Below, piece after piece: positions 20,454-30,887 of a stretch of DNA of 60,170 nucleotides. A model generated the notes under the pieces. It had not been told where the DNA came from and ran no database searches. It saw nothing but the letters and a program-made list of their open reading frames with translations. The position numbers and the translations under genes are program-made. Location: positions 1 to 60,170 of the forward strand of contig CAJVYL010000001.1 of the NCBI GenBank assembly GCA_913009265.1, read 5' to 3'. The DNA comes from an uncultured Methylococcales bacterium. Its GTDB lineage: Bacteria; Pseudomonadota; Gammaproteobacteria; Methylococcales; Methylomonadaceae. Each line of letters starts with the position of its first letter. Position 1 is the first letter of the stretch.

Positions 20454-22478
20454 ATGAATATTGATCTTTTTGCGTCTGTCGGTCCCTATTTTGGTATCGC
20501 TGGACTAATCATCGCTTATCTTATCTATCGTAGTGTTCTATCTTACGATGTCGGCACTGAAAAAATGAGGGAGATTTCTGAACTCATTCATGATGGGGCC
20601 ATGGTTTTTCTAAAAGCCGAATATCAGATTTTATCTATCTTTGTCGCTATTGTCGCAGCTCTGATTTTTTTCTTAATCAGTCATGCGACTGCTTATGCGT
20701 TTTTAGGCGGAGCAGCTTGTTCAATGTTTGCAGGTTTCTTTGGTATGAAGGCCGCTACTCGCGCCAATGTTCGTACCTCAGCAGCTGCTAATAAAGAAGG
20801 AATGGGCGCTGCCCTTATGGTAGCTTTTGGTGGTGGTTCTGTTATGGGATTAGCTGTTGCTTCTTTAGGTCTTGCTGGTGTTACCATTGCCTATGCATTA
20901 GTTGACTCATCAAGCGCAGCAAACTACACAGTACTGAGTGGCTTTGCAATGGGAGCTTCTTCTATTGCATTATTTGCACGTATTGGTGGCGGTATTTATA
21001 CCAAAGCAGCTGATGTTGGTGCTGATTTAGTCGGTAAAGTAGAAGCTAACATCCCAGAAGATGACCCACGTAACCCTGCGACTATTGCTGACAATGTTGG
21101 TGATAATGTTGGTGATACAGCAGGTATGGGTGCAGATATTTTTGAATCTTATGTAGGTTCAGTTATTGCGACTATTGCTATTGCAGCAGCGGCAACAAAC
21201 TTTGTAGATATGTCGATGCAAAGTAATGCTTTATTACTTCCTATCGCTTTAATTATCGTAGGTTTAATCGCTTCAGTTATCGGCGTATTTTGCATGCGTT
21301 TATTGAAAGACATTAACCCTGCTCACGCACTTGAAGGTGTTACATGGATTTCAGCATTATTATTTTTAGCTCTTGCTTATTTTGTTATCCAGGCATTTGC
21401 TATTCAATTTAATATTAATGGTGAAGTCACTTCTATTAGTGGACCTTTTTATGCATTATTGGGCGGTACCGTTGTTGGAATCTTTATTGGTCGTGTAACT
21501 GATTACTACACCTCTAAAGCACCTGTTGAAGCTATTGCTTCTGCATCTAAATTTGGCCCAGCAACAAATATTATTGCCGGTCTTGGTATTGGTATGCGTT
21601 CAACTGTTTTCCCAATTCTAGGTATCTGTGTTGCTATTTTTGTTGCCTATCAATGTGCTGGACTATACGGTATTGGTATTGCTGCTGTTGGCATGCTGGC
21701 GACTACAGGTGTCACAATGTCTGTTGACGCTTATGGCCCCATTGCTGATAATGCTGGTGGCATTAGTGAAATGGCTGAATTAGGCCCTGAAACGCGCGCC
21801 ATTACAGATTCATTAGATGCTATTGGTAATACAACTGCTGCGGTAGGTAAAGGATTTGCGATTGGCTCAGCGGCATTAACTGCACTTGCGTTATTCTCCG
21901 CTTATGCAGCCGCAGCAAATTTAACAAAAATAGATTTACTTGACCCTCTTGTTGTTATTGGTTTATTTATCGGCGGTTGCGTACCTTTCCTTGTTGCAGC
22001 GATGACAATGGACTCTGTAGGTAAAGCAGCGCAAGATATGGTTGAAGAAGTTCGTCGTCAATTTCGTGATATTCCAGGATTAATGGAAGGAACAACACCT
22101 CCAGATTCAGCCCGTTGTATTGAAATTTCAACTAAAGCTTCATTAAGAGAAATGATTCTTCCTGGCTTAGTAACTATATCTACTCCAGTATTAGTTGGTT
22201 TTCTACTTAATAAAGAAGCTTTAGGTGGTTTATTAGCAGGTTCTTTAGTTGCTGGTGTATTAATGGCCTTATTTATGGCTAATGCTGGTGGCGCTTGGGA
22301 TAACGCTAAGAAACTAATTGAAGGTGGTGCTCATGGTGGTAAAGGAACTGATGTTCATAAAGCTGCTGTTTGTGGTGATACTGTTGGTGATCCATTCAAA
22401 GACACATCTGGCCCAGCTCTAAATATCGTAGTCAAATTAATGTCTGTTGTTTCACTTGTTATTGCACCTTTATTGTAA
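20454..22478 (+). CDS. hppA: Membrane-bound ion-translocating pyrophosphatase, K+-dependent subtype
   Basis: 674 aa and about 16 TM helices. Signature motifs are [29 protein letters not shown] and [21 protein letters not shown]. Strong RBS GGAGGG. Confidence 0.95.
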   Translation: MNIDLFASVGPYFGIAGLIIAYLIYRSVLSYDVGTEKMREISELIHDGAMVFLKAEYQILSIFVAIVAALIFFLISHATAYAFLGGAACSMFAGFFGMKAATRANVRTSAAANKEGMGAALMVAFGGGSVMGLAVASLGLAGVTIAYALVDSSSAANYTVLSGFAMGASSIALFARIGGGIYTKAADVGADLVGKVEANIPEDDPRNPATIADNVGDNVGDTAGMGADIFESYVGSVIATIAIAAAATNFVDMSMQSNALLLPIALIIVGLIASVIGVFCMRLLKDINPAHALEGVTWISALLFLALAYFVIQAFAIQFNINGEVTSISGPFYALLGGTVVGIFIGRVTDYYTSKAPVEAIASASKFGPATNIIAGLGIGMRSTVFPILGICVAIFVAYQCAGLYGIGIAAVGMLATTGVTMSVDAYGPIADNAGGISEMAELGPETRAITDSLDAIGNTTAAVGKGFAIGSAALTALALFSAYAAAANLTKIDLLDPLVVIGLFIGGCVPFLVAAMTMDSVGKAAQDMVEEVRRQFRDIPGLMEGTTPPDSARCIEISTKASLREMILPGLVTISTPVLVGFLLNKEALGGLLAGSLVAGVLMALFMANAGGAWDNAKKLIEGGAHGGKGTDVHKAAVCGDTVGDPFKDTSGPALNIVVKLMSVVSLVIAPLL

Positions 22479-22493
22479 ATAACGCTGTTTAAA

Positions 22494-22535
22494 CCTAGTA
22501 TATTTCGTGCATTTTACTCTGCGAAATATACTAGG
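22494..22535 (+). terminator. 14-bp perfect hairpin downstream of hppA
   Basis: CCTAGTATATTTCG (22494-22507) pairs with CGAAATATACTAGG (22522-22535) around a 14-nt loop. It is AT-rich and has no U-tract. Confidence 0.4.
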
Positions 22536-22654
22536 AATTGCCCTTCTGCTAAATAAAACTCTCTCCCTAGAGTTACCATTCAAATAATTCCGCAAAACCA
22601 AAAAACATATCATGCTATAATTTTGCCTCTAACTCACTAAATAGGCTGTTTTTC

Positions 22655-23290
22655 GTGACTAATAGCACTTCTCGTAAATCAGTAATGACCCTTTTCACCA
22701 CATCAACTTGCGCATTAAGTCATTGTGCTCGACTTGTCATGTATGAAAAAGGCGTTACAGCAGATATAGAATTTTTTAACTCATCTGAGCCTCCAGAAGA
22801 TTTATTAGAGCTTAACCCTACGGGGATATCTCCAACCTTAATTGAACGTAATTTAGTTCTTTATGATTCTAGAATCATAATGGAATACTTGGATGAGCGT
22901 TTTCCACACCCACCATTACATCAAATGGATCCGGTTTCACGCGCTAATTCACGTATGTTAATTAAGCGTATTGATCAGGACTGGTATCACCTTTTAGATG
23001 AAATTTTAAACTCTGGAGAGAAAAAATCAGCCAGAGCCAAAAAAATGCTAAAAGAAAGCTTAATTGCAGCAACACCCGTTTTTGAGTCTCAACCTTATTT
23101 CATGAGCGATGAATACTCATTAATTGACTGCACAATGGCACCATTATTATGGCGTTTACCAAGCCTAGGCATTGATATCAATTCCCTAAGCCCTGCCATT
23201 GCAGCTTACGCAGAACGTTTATTCGCAAGAGAGGCTTTTCAATTAAGCTTAAGCGAAGAAGAAAAAGAAATGGCACCAGAAAGCAAATGA
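22655..23290 (+). CDS. sspA: Stringent starvation protein A (GST-like)
   Basis: GTG start. LFTTSTCALSHCARLVMYEKG...LNPTGISPTL...DSRIIMEYLDERFPHPPL is typical SspA. Followed by sspB with a 4-nt overlap. Confidence 0.92.
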   Translation: MTNSTSRKSVMTLFTTSTCALSHCARLVMYEKGVTADIEFFNSSEPPEDLLELNPTGISPTLIERNLVLYDSRIIMEYLDERFPHPPLHQMDPVSRANSRMLIKRIDQDWYHLLDEILNSGEKKSARAKKMLKESLIAATPVFESQPYFMSDEYSLIDCTMAPLLWRLPSLGIDINSLSPAIAAYAERLFAREAFQLSLSEEEKEMAPESK

Positions 23291-23670
23291 CATCATTAAA
23301 GCCCTATTTAATTCGTTCAATATATGAATGGATTATAGATAATCAACTAACACCCCATCTTTTAGTTGATGCCGACACTCCTGAGGCCACACTGCCTCAA
23401 GATTATATTGAAGATGGAAAGATTGTATTAAACCTGCGTCCTGAGGCTATTCAAGGCCTCACATTAGGAAATGAAGAAATTCAGTTTAATGCTCGCTTCT
23501 CTGGTACTGCGATGCATATCATTACCCCAACTTCTGCAGTTTTAGCTATTTATGCCAAAGAAAATGGCAAAGGCATGATGTTTGATCCTGAAGAATATGA
23601 CGATGAAACACCGCCACCAGCACCTGAAGATAAAAAGCCAAGCAGGCCGCACTTAAGAGTTGTAAAGTAA
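23287..23670 (+). CDS. sspB: ClpXP adaptor SspB
   Basis: N-terminal KPYLIRSIYEWIIDNQLTPHLLV and a C-terminal ClpX-binding tail RPHLRVVK. Confidence 0.92.
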   Translation: MTSLKPYLIRSIYEWIIDNQLTPHLLVDADTPEATLPQDYIEDGKIVLNLRPEAIQGLTLGNEEIQFNARFSGTAMHIITPTSAVLAIYAKENGKGMMFDPEEYDDETPPPAPEDKKPSRPHLRVVK

Positions 23671-23689
23671 TTTACCAACTAAACAGCAC

Positions 23690-24691
23690 TTATTTTACAG
23701 AGAAGAACATACAAAGCGACAGCAAGGTTTCCCAACAGTCACCTTGCTCTCGACCTTTAATTTGCCTATCTGCTTTTGAACACAATAATAGTGCTTTTTG
23801 CAACACCTGAATATCCATTCTAGATACAGCCGCACTGACTATTTGTTTACGCTTATCCCATAAGCGATTATTTTTTAAAACCATCTCTTTATTTTGCCCC
23901 TGATTAACCGCTATCTTTATATTAATCAGCAATCTAATTTCTCGAGACACAGCCCACACAATAACAGGTGGAGCAATCCCTTCCGCTTTTAAACCATTTA
24001 ATACTTTTATTGCACGCGTTATTCGCCCTGCCAACATACAATCTGTTAATTTAAATACATCAAAGCGTGAGCTGTCAGCAACCACATTCTCAACAGCTTG
24101 TTTAGAAATAGACTCATTTCCATACAATATATAAAGCTTTTCTATTTCTTGAGATGCAGCAAGCAAATTACCTTCAATTCGTGACGCTAATGCCTTAATT
24201 CCATCTACGCCTATCTGCAAGCCTCGTTTTTGAGCTCTGCGTTGCAGCCATTGAATTAAAGCAGCACCTTCTAGCGGCCAAACTTGAACAATAACACCCG
24301 CTTGATCAAGTGCCTGGCACCATTTTGATTTTAAGGTTGCAGCCGTTATTTTAGGTGCGATGATAAGAAGCAAATTGTCTTCAGGCAATCGCTGACAATA
24401 ATCAATTAATGCTTTCGAACCTTCCGTTCCTGGCTTACCAGAAGGCATTCTTAAATCTATCAGTTTTTTATCGGCAAAAAGCGACATTGAATCAGCTGAT
24501 AACGCTAACTCCCCCCACTCAAACCCTGCTTCAACCGAAAATACTTCTCGAGTGGTATATCCTGATTTTTTTGCGGCTAAACGGATAGCATCTGCCACCT
24601 CACCTTGCTGCAACGGCTCATCCCCGGTTATAAAATAAACAGGGGCTAATTGCTTTAAAGCGGTATTGAATTGTTCAGGATTTAATCTCAC
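23690..24691 (-). CDS. holA: DNA polymerase III delta subunit
   Basis: N-terminus APVYFITGDEPL, appropriate size, and conserved leuS-lptE-holA synteny. Confidence 0.9.
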   Translation of the reverse strand: MRLNPEQFNTALKQLAPVYFITGDEPLQQGEVADAIRLAAKKSGYTTREVFSVEAGFEWGELALSADSMSLFADKKLIDLRMPSGKPGTEGSKALIDYCQRLPEDNLLLIIAPKITAATLKSKWCQALDQAGVIVQVWPLEGAALIQWLQRRAQKRGLQIGVDGIKALASRIEGNLLAASQEIEKLYILYGNESISKQAVENVVADSSRFDVFKLTDCMLAGRITRAIKVLNGLKAEGIAPPVIVWAVSREIRLLINIKIAVNQGQNKEMVLKNNRLWDKRKQIVSAAVSRMDIQVLQKALLLCSKADRQIKGREQGDCWETLLSLCMFFSVK

Positions 24692-25194
24692 AGCTCATTT
24701 TCAAGTTTATCTAATACGATCCGAGAACGATTGACAATTGATTGCACTGCCTTACGATACATTTCATCTCTAATCACTTGTTCTTCGTTATTTTTACCTA
24801 AAACCTCGTCCTGATTATTAAAATAATACTTATTAATTTCAATTCGCTGTAATTCAGACAATGGCTTCCCTTCTTTATCAAGCAAAGTGAAATCAAGCTT
24901 ATAAATTAATTCATATTCATTTGCTCTTCCTGTTGAGCTTAATGACATCACTCGCCTGTCCATTTTTTCTTTTTTGATGCTTACGATAAGACCAGCGTCT
25001 CCGATAACGTCAACTAACTGTCCACCCGAAGCACGAAGTGTTTGCTTTACTTTTTTCTTTAACTGAGCAGACCCACCTTGCAAATAAATACTTTTTAACC
25101 CCTCTGGCAAATCAATTTTCCCTCGCAATTGATAACCACAGGCAGAAACACTCACAACAAGTATTAGTAGAAAAACATTTTTAAACTGAGTCAT
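24688..25194 (-). CDS. lptE: LPS-assembly lipoprotein LptE
   Basis: Lipobox VSACGYQLRG, appropriate size, and a position directly after leuS. Confidence 0.88.
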   Translation of the reverse strand: MTQFKNVFLLILVVSVSACGYQLRGKIDLPEGLKSIYLQGGSAQLKKKVKQTLRASGGQLVDVIGDAGLIVSIKKEKMDRRVMSLSSTGRANEYELIYKLDFTLLDKEGKPLSELQRIEINKYYFNNQDEVLGKNNEEQVIRDEMYRKAVQSIVNRSRIVLDKLENEL

Positions 25195-25323
25195 AGATAT
25201 TATGATCTTTTATTACATTGAAAGGCTATACAGCAGAAATTTCAGTAATATTTTATATGCGAATTTTGTAGAAATGATCTTTTTATAAACCATAACTACA
25301 AAAATCTCTTTCCTTATTACTTT

Positions 25324-27774
25324 TTAAACAACAATATTAACTAAGCGCTTAGGAACCACAATCACTTTTCTAATATCTTTACCATCAATAAAGCGTGTTA
25401 CATTTTCATCGGCAAAAGCAAGTTTTTCAATCTCATCCTTGCTAGCCGTAGCAGACACCATAATATTGCCACGCAATTTACCATTGACTTGAACCATCAT
25501 TTTCATCGAATCCTGCTCTAAAGCAGATTCATCCAACTTAGGCCAAGGCTCAACGACAACATCATTATCATGCCCCAAATCTAACCATAACTGCTTACAA
25601 ATATGAGGAGTAATCGGTGCAAGCATCAACAAAATAGCTTCCAGCACTTCTTGACGAATAGCGATGCCATTATCCGAATCATCACTAATTTTTGATAAGG
25701 TATTCACTAATTCCATATTAGCTGCAATCACCGTATTAAAAGTATAACGTCGACCATAATCATCAGTCGCCTTTTTAATGGCTAAGTGTAATTGACGACG
25801 TAGTGTTTTTTGCTCTTCTGTTAAAGAAGCTTTATCCAGAGCTGGAATACTTTTCGCTGAATCAACATGCAGAAACACCTGACGCCACAAACGTTTTAAG
25901 AAACGAAAAGAACCTTCAACACCACTATCAGACCATTCTAATGATTGCTCAGGAGGCGCTGCAAACATAACAAACATACGCACAGTATCTGCGCCATATT
26001 GTGCAATCAAACCTTGCGGATCAACTGTATTACCTTTTGACTTAGACATTTTGGCACCATCTTTTAGCACCATACCTTGAGTCAATAATTTCTTAAAAGG
26101 TTCATCAGTTTTGATTAAACCTTCATCACGCAATAGTTTGGTATAAAAACGGGCATACAATAAATGTAAAATCGCATGCTCAATCCCACCAATATAATGA
26201 TCGACTGGCAACCAGTAATTAGCACTATCAGCCAACATACTGGTATCACTTTTCCCAGCATAACGAGCAAAATACCAAGATGATTCCATAAAGGTATCAA
26301 AAGTATCTGTTTCTCTTTTTGCCGCTTTGCCACATTTTGGACAATCAACATGAGGAAAAGTAGGATGAGCAGCTAAAGGTGATTGAGACCCATCTAAAAC
26401 TACATCTTCTTTAGGTAACTCAACAGGTAAATCTGCTTCAGGAACCGGGACAGTGCCACAATCATCACAATAAATAACGGGAACTGGTGCTCCCCAATAG
26501 CGCTGCCTAGAAACTCCCCAGTCACGCAAACGAAAGTTAGTTTTCTTTTCGCCTTTTTTATCCGCTTCTAATTTTGTAGCTATAGCATTAAAAGCATCAG
26601 CGGAAGTTAAGCCATCAAACTCTGCAGAGTTTTTGAGTATGCCTTTTACTGTAAAAGCTTGTTCAGAGGTATCATCGTCTTCATCTTTTGCAGAGAAAAT
26701 AACCTGCTTAATAGCAATGCCATATTTATTAGCAAATTCATAATCACGCTGATCATGTGCAGGTACTGACATAACAGCGCCAGTGCCATAACCCATCAAT
26801 ACAAAGTTAGCAATCCAAACCGGGACTTCCTCACCAGTAATTGGATGAATAGCTTTTACCCCAGAATTAACTCCACGCTTTTCCATGGTTTCCATGGCCG
26901 CTTCTGAAGTTTCCATCACTTTACATTCTTCAAGAAAAGCTGTGATTTCAGCATTTCCTTCAGCTGCTGCAATAGCAATAGGATGTTCAGCAGCTACAGC
27001 TAAATAAGTCACTCCCATTAAGGTATCTGGACGTGTGGTGTATATTCTAACGGCATCCGTATTCGCAATGGAAAAATCCATTTCCACACCTTCAGAACGA
27101 CCTATCCAGTTTGCCTGCATGGTTTTAACTTTTTCAGGCCAGCCATCCAACTTATCTAAATCTTGTAATAGCTCATCAGCATAAGCAGTAATTCGGACAA
27201 ACCACTGAGAAATTTCTTTTTTCTCTACTTTAGTATCACAACGCCAGCAACAACCATCAATCACCTGCTCATTTGCTAAAACGGTTTTATCGTTAGAGCA
27301 CCAATTAACTGGTGAGGTCTTTTTATAAACTAAATCTTTTTCTAACAGTTTTAAGAAGAACCATTGCTCCCATTTATAATAACTAGGATCGCACGTTGCT
27401 AATTCTCTATTCCAATCATAACCAAAGCCTAACTGCTTTAGTTGATCACGCATGTAATCAATATTGCTATAAGTCCAGTCAGCAGGATGAACATTATTTT
27501 GCATCGCAGCATTTTCTGCAGGTAAGCCAAATGCATCCCAACCCATAGGCTGCATTACATTTTTACCTTGCATGCGCTGATAACGACTAATTACATCGCC
27601 TATCGTATAGTTACGTACATGCCCCATGTGTAATTTCCCACTAGGGTATGGAAACATTGATAAACAATAATACTTTTCTTTATCAGTATCTTCAGTCGTA
27701 TTGAACACACCAGACTTCTCCCAATTTTCTTGAGCTGCCTGTTCAATATCTAGCGGTGTGTAATTTTCTTCCAT
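25324..27774 (-). CDS. leuS: Leucine--tRNA ligase
   Basis: HMGHVRNY (HIGH) and KMSKSKGN (KMSKS) motifs, with a CP1 editing domain. 816 aa. Confidence 0.97.
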   Translation of the reverse strand: MEENYTPLDIEQAAQENWEKSGVFNTTEDTDKEKYYCLSMFPYPSGKLHMGHVRNYTIGDVISRYQRMQGKNVMQPMGWDAFGLPAENAAMQNNVHPADWTYSNIDYMRDQLKQLGFGYDWNRELATCDPSYYKWEQWFFLKLLEKDLVYKKTSPVNWCSNDKTVLANEQVIDGCCWRCDTKVEKKEISQWFVRITAYADELLQDLDKLDGWPEKVKTMQANWIGRSEGVEMDFSIANTDAVRIYTTRPDTLMGVTYLAVAAEHPIAIAAAEGNAEITAFLEECKVMETSEAAMETMEKRGVNSGVKAIHPITGEEVPVWIANFVLMGYGTGAVMSVPAHDQRDYEFANKYGIAIKQVIFSAKDEDDDTSEQAFTVKGILKNSAEFDGLTSADAFNAIATKLEADKKGEKKTNFRLRDWGVSRQRYWGAPVPVIYCDDCGTVPVPEADLPVELPKEDVVLDGSQSPLAAHPTFPHVDCPKCGKAAKRETDTFDTFMESSWYFARYAGKSDTSMLADSANYWLPVDHYIGGIEHAILHLLYARFYTKLLRDEGLIKTDEPFKKLLTQGMVLKDGAKMSKSKGNTVDPQGLIAQYGADTVRMFVMFAAPPEQSLEWSDSGVEGSFRFLKRLWRQVFLHVDSAKSIPALDKASLTEEQKTLRRQLHLAIKKATDDYGRRYTFNTVIAANMELVNTLSKISDDSDNGIAIRQEVLEAILLMLAPITPHICKQLWLDLGHDNDVVVEPWPKLDESALEQDSMKMMVQVNGKLRGNIMVSATASKDEIEKLAFADENVTRFIDGKDIRKVIVVPKRLVNIVV

Positions 27775-27854
27775 CCTACTCGTCTTTTAACGTACAAAAG
27801 CGTTAGAATACAGTACAGACGCTTAAATCTAAAGTGTATTTTAAGGAGAAACCT

Positions 27855-28343
27855 ATGAGTGATAATAAATTTGTCGAAGCGTACGACCATCTAATGGAAA
27901 ATTTGTATGAAATTATGGATGATACGCTTCACTCTGTTGCTGATGCGATGGATATTGCCAAAGAAAAAGTAAGTGAACTAGGCGGTTTAACACAAGAGGA
28001 AGTTAATGATGTTGCTGACTTCTTAATGCGTGACATTGAACATGCTGCAACTACCTCCCCCGCTGTTAGTGATAAAGACACCCTAAACGAATGGTTTAAA
28101 TTTGATATAGAATTACTGGAAAATTTTGCCTTAGATGCTTTTTCAAGCCTAGCTGATAAAACACGTATTGAATTAGCTAAAATTGAAAATCAAGCAAGTA
28201 AATATCACGCCTATAAACAAGGTGATATTACAGGACCAGGAACCTTTACTTGTGACCAATGTGGCAAGCAAATATCCTTTAAATCAACTAGTGAAATACC
28301 AGAATGTCCAGAATGTCATGCAAAAACTTTCACACGCAGTTGA
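27855..28343 (+). CDS. ybeL: Zinc-ribbon protein of the YbeL/DUF1451 family
   Basis: C-terminal CDQCGK...CPECH zinc ribbon. Divergent from leuS, as ybeL is in E. coli. ATG at 27855 is preferred over GTG at 27834 because AAGGAG lies 7 nt upstream. Confidence 0.75.
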   Translation: MSDNKFVEAYDHLMENLYEIMDDTLHSVADAMDIAKEKVSELGGLTQEEVNDVADFLMRDIEHAATTSPAVSDKDTLNEWFKFDIELLENFALDAFSSLADKTRIELAKIENQASKYHAYKQGDITGPGTFTCDQCGKQISFKSTSEIPECPECHAKTFTRS

Positions 28344-28402
28344 TATTACTGCTTCAAAGCTTATAATGCAGTTTTATCTATATGATTTAACGAGGGAATA
28401 AT

Positions 28403-29173
28403 ATGCGCAGGGTCATCTTCAACCAAAAAGGTGGTGTGGGAAAATCAACCATCACTTGTAACCTAGCTGCTATTAGTGCAGTAGAAGGAAAAAAAACACT
28501 GGTGATAGACCTTGATATACAAGGAAATTCGACACAATACCTTCTAGGTCATAAAATCACTGACCCAGATAAAACCATTGCTCATTTTTTTAAAGACTGC
28601 TTAGGCATTAGTCTTTTTGGTGGTGGTAAAGAAGGCATTGCCAGCGCAATTCATGAAACGCCTTTCCCTAATTTATTTGTATTACCTAGCCACCCAGAGC
28701 TTGAAGCCCTACAAAGCCGTTTAGATTCTAGATATAAAATTTTTAAACTTAAAGAAGAGCTAGAAAAACTAGAAGGCTTTGATGCTGTTTATATTGATAC
28801 TCCGCCTATTCTTAATTTTTACAGTCAATCAGCTTTAATTGCAGCAGAAAGATGCTTAATTCCATTTGATTGCGATACCTTTGCCAGAGATTCTTTATAT
28901 ACATTGATGAAATCTATTGCTGAAGTAAAAGCGGATCACAATGAGAATCTTGAAATCGAAGGCATTGTCGTTAACCAATATCAAAAACAGGCTAACTTAC
29001 CTAAACAACTAGTTGAAGAATTAATAGCGGAAGGACTACCTGTCCTAGAAAATAAAATTTCACCTTCCGTCAAGGTAAGAGAATCTCATTCAGCATCACA
29101 ACCTTTAGTGCATCACGCGCCAACTCATAAATTAACGGACGAGTACCGTGCTTTGTATGTAGAAATCAATTAA
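28403..29173 (+). CDS. Orphan ParA/Soj-family P-loop ATPase
   Basis: Deviant Walker A NQKGGVGKST and Walker B VYIDTPP. No parB or parS is evident nearby. Confidence 0.88.
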   Translation: MRRVIFNQKGGVGKSTITCNLAAISAVEGKKTLVIDLDIQGNSTQYLLGHKITDPDKTIAHFFKDCLGISLFGGGKEGIASAIHETPFPNLFVLPSHPELEALQSRLDSRYKIFKLKEELEKLEGFDAVYIDTPPILNFYSQSALIAAERCLIPFDCDTFARDSLYTLMKSIAEVKADHNENLEIEGIVVNQYQKQANLPKQLVEELIAEGLPVLENKISPSVKVRESHSASQPLVHHAPTHKLTDEYRALYVEIN

Positions 29174-29187
29174 ATCTTATTTAGTAG

Positions 29188-29210
29188 TGTGGGCAGAAAA
29201 TATGCCCACA
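29188..29210. terminator. Hairpin between the convergent parA-like and GGDEF genes
   Basis: TGTGGGCA (29188-29195) pairs with TGCCCACA (29203-29210) around a 7-nt loop. Confidence 0.45.
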
Positions 29211-29233
29211 GTAACTTAAGAATCAACATACTT

Positions 29234-30376
29234 TCAGAGGGACTGGCCATAAAATAGATATTTATTTTTACCTGACCTTTTTGCTTCATACATCGCTTGA
29301 TCCGCATTTTGTAACAAACTGCCAACGTTGTCTCCATCATCAGGATAAATGGAGATACCAACACTCCCTCCAATATTAACGTCCCCAGTAATAAGCTCAA
29401 AAGGGGAAGAAATTAATGAAATAATTTCTGAGCTTATTTTCTCCACCCCTTCTTTTTTACAATCATCTGCTAAAAAAATAATGAACTCATCCCCTCCCAT
29501 TCGGGCCACTACATCAGACTCTCGAACACATTTTTTTAGACGCTTTGCTACAGACACAAGTAATTCATCACCAACATTATGACCAAATAAATCATTGATA
29601 TTTTTAAATCCATCTAAATCTAAAAATAAAATGGCATGCTTATGATTGGCTCTTTTTGCAGTCAACAACGCCGCATTACATAGTTTTTCAAAAAACCGTC
29701 GATTAGGAAGCTCTGTTAATTCATCATGTAAAGCTAGATATTCAAACTCCCGCTCTATTTTCTGTCGTTTTAATATCTCTTTTTTTAATTTTTCTTCTAC
29801 TTTTGCTCGAGCATGAACTTCCCTATTTAGCTCTAGGGCACTAAAACGAATACTATCGTACATAAGCAAAGACGTTTGCAAAATGATACTCATAACGCCC
29901 GACATCTGTCTATCTGCTTGTTCTTGTGCATTTTTTAAAGACATACCTGCATTAATAGAACCAATCGTTAACGCCATTCGCATATCATTGTCTAATATGT
30001 GATGAGTAAGCCAATGAGTAAGCAGACTAAGAATCTTTTCTATGGCTTCATTTGATGGTTTAGATGAATAAGAAGACTTTAGGTCTACCACTGAATTAAC
30101 AAAGTTTTTATGCGCCTTAATATGAGCCTTAAGCCCTGTATCCATTGGAAAGTACGTACTCCAAATTTCTTCTTCAGTACTAAAATGGTATTCCGTATAA
30201 GCAGCTAACTCTTCTAATGTCTCATTAAACATTTCAGGAGTCGCTTCACTTATAACTCGACAGGCTATTTTATTCACAAGACTGACGAGCTTCTTATGTT
30301 GCTCGTCTATTTTATCGATTCCTGTCTCTAAACTTTTATTCCAAGGGAATATATCTACCTGCTTAACTTTAGTCAT
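29234..30376 (-). CDS. Bacteriohemerythrin-domain diguanylate cyclase (hemerythrin-GGDEF)
   Basis: The N-terminal WNKSLETGIDKIDEQHKKLVSLVNKI, plus later His/Glu positions, is typical of a hemerythrin cation-binding domain. The C-terminal GGDEF domain has an intact MGGDEFIIF site and a RESD I-site-like motif upstream. Confidence 0.88.
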   Translation of the reverse strand: MTKVKQVDIFPWNKSLETGIDKIDEQHKKLVSLVNKIACRVISEATPEMFNETLEELAAYTEYHFSTEEEIWSTYFPMDTGLKAHIKAHKNFVNSVVDLKSSYSSKPSNEAIEKILSLLTHWLTHHILDNDMRMALTIGSINAGMSLKNAQEQADRQMSGVMSIILQTSLLMYDSIRFSALELNREVHARAKVEEKLKKEILKRQKIEREFEYLALHDELTELPNRRFFEKLCNAALLTAKRANHKHAILFLDLDGFKNINDLFGHNVGDELLVSVAKRLKKCVRESDVVARMGGDEFIIFLADDCKKEGVEKISSEIISLISSPFELITGDVNIGGSVGISIYPDDGDNVGSLLQNADQAMYEAKRSGKNKYLFYGQSL

Positions 30377-30485
30377 ATATTAACTACAAACTTACTTAAT
30401 ATTAAAAAAACAAAACGCCCATATAAGTCAAAGGGGGTTACCTTATTTGAAAAAAACACTCAACCTTCAAAACTTACGCCAAAGT

Positions 30486-30594
30486 AGGCGGAAGATCTGG
30501 CAGCGCTAGGACTAGACGCCTCATCACCAACCACCCCTAAGAACCTTCTGGATCCTGAAATTTCCGCATAAAGATACGTTCTTAGGGTGGATGG
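30486..30594. other. GC-rich structured non-coding segment (candidate sRNA or 5' leader)
   Basis: A long imperfect stem pairs CCAACCACCCCTAAGAAC (30527-30544) with GTTCTTAGGGTGGATGG (30578-30594) around a 33-nt loop. It is preceded by AGGCG...CGCCT (30486-30521). The segment is visibly GC-richer than its flanks. Confidence 0.3.
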
Positions 30595-30641
30595 TCGCTG
30601 TCATGAAATACATATCCAGTGCCAGGGGCGCATATAAAATT

Positions 30642-30710
30642 ATCACGCGCCGAATCATAAATTAACAAATGAGTAACCGTGCTTTGTATGTAGAAACCGA
30701 TTAAATCTTA
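30642..30710 (+). pseudogene. Decayed duplicate of the last ~20 codons and stop of the parA-like gene
   Basis: Aligns by eye with 29112-29179, with about 7 substitutions and a 1-nt insertion over about 68 nt. It reads HAPNHKLTNE, then a frameshift, then NRALYVETD*, versus HAPTHKLTDEYRALYVEIN* in the intact gene. Confidence 0.8.
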
Positions 30711-30715
30711 ATACT

Positions 30716-30747
30716 GTAGGATGAGCATAAAAAATTGCCCACCCTAC
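30716..30747. terminator. Degenerate hairpin following the parA relic, in the same relative position as the 29188-29210 hairpin
   Basis: GTAGGATGAGC pairs with GCCCACCCTAC at 9 of 11 positions around a 10-nt A-rich loop. It lies between the relic and the HD-GYP gene 3' end. Confidence 0.35.
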
Positions 30748-30887
30748 CAAGTTATTTATCATACCCTTTAGTTTTATCTTGACCAAGCTCATAGAGTCAG
30801 TTGCCACGCGCCTCATTTAAATAACAGTAAAATATCGAACAAAAGCAATCTTTTACTATTTGTACCAAGCCATACTTAACCGGCTTG

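Noticed and set aside
28183-28401. 72-aa ORF overlapping the ybeL 3' end, plus the ORFs at 29170-29400 and 19291-19482
   Set aside because: They overlap well-supported genes or terminator and promoter regions, and they have no RBS and no motifs.
30421-30640. Idea that the GC-rich leader of the GGDEF gene is a c-di-GMP riboswitch
   Set aside because: I could not find the conserved GEMM-I or c-di-GMP-II sequence features I remember. It is kept only as an unclassified structured element pending an Rfam scan.
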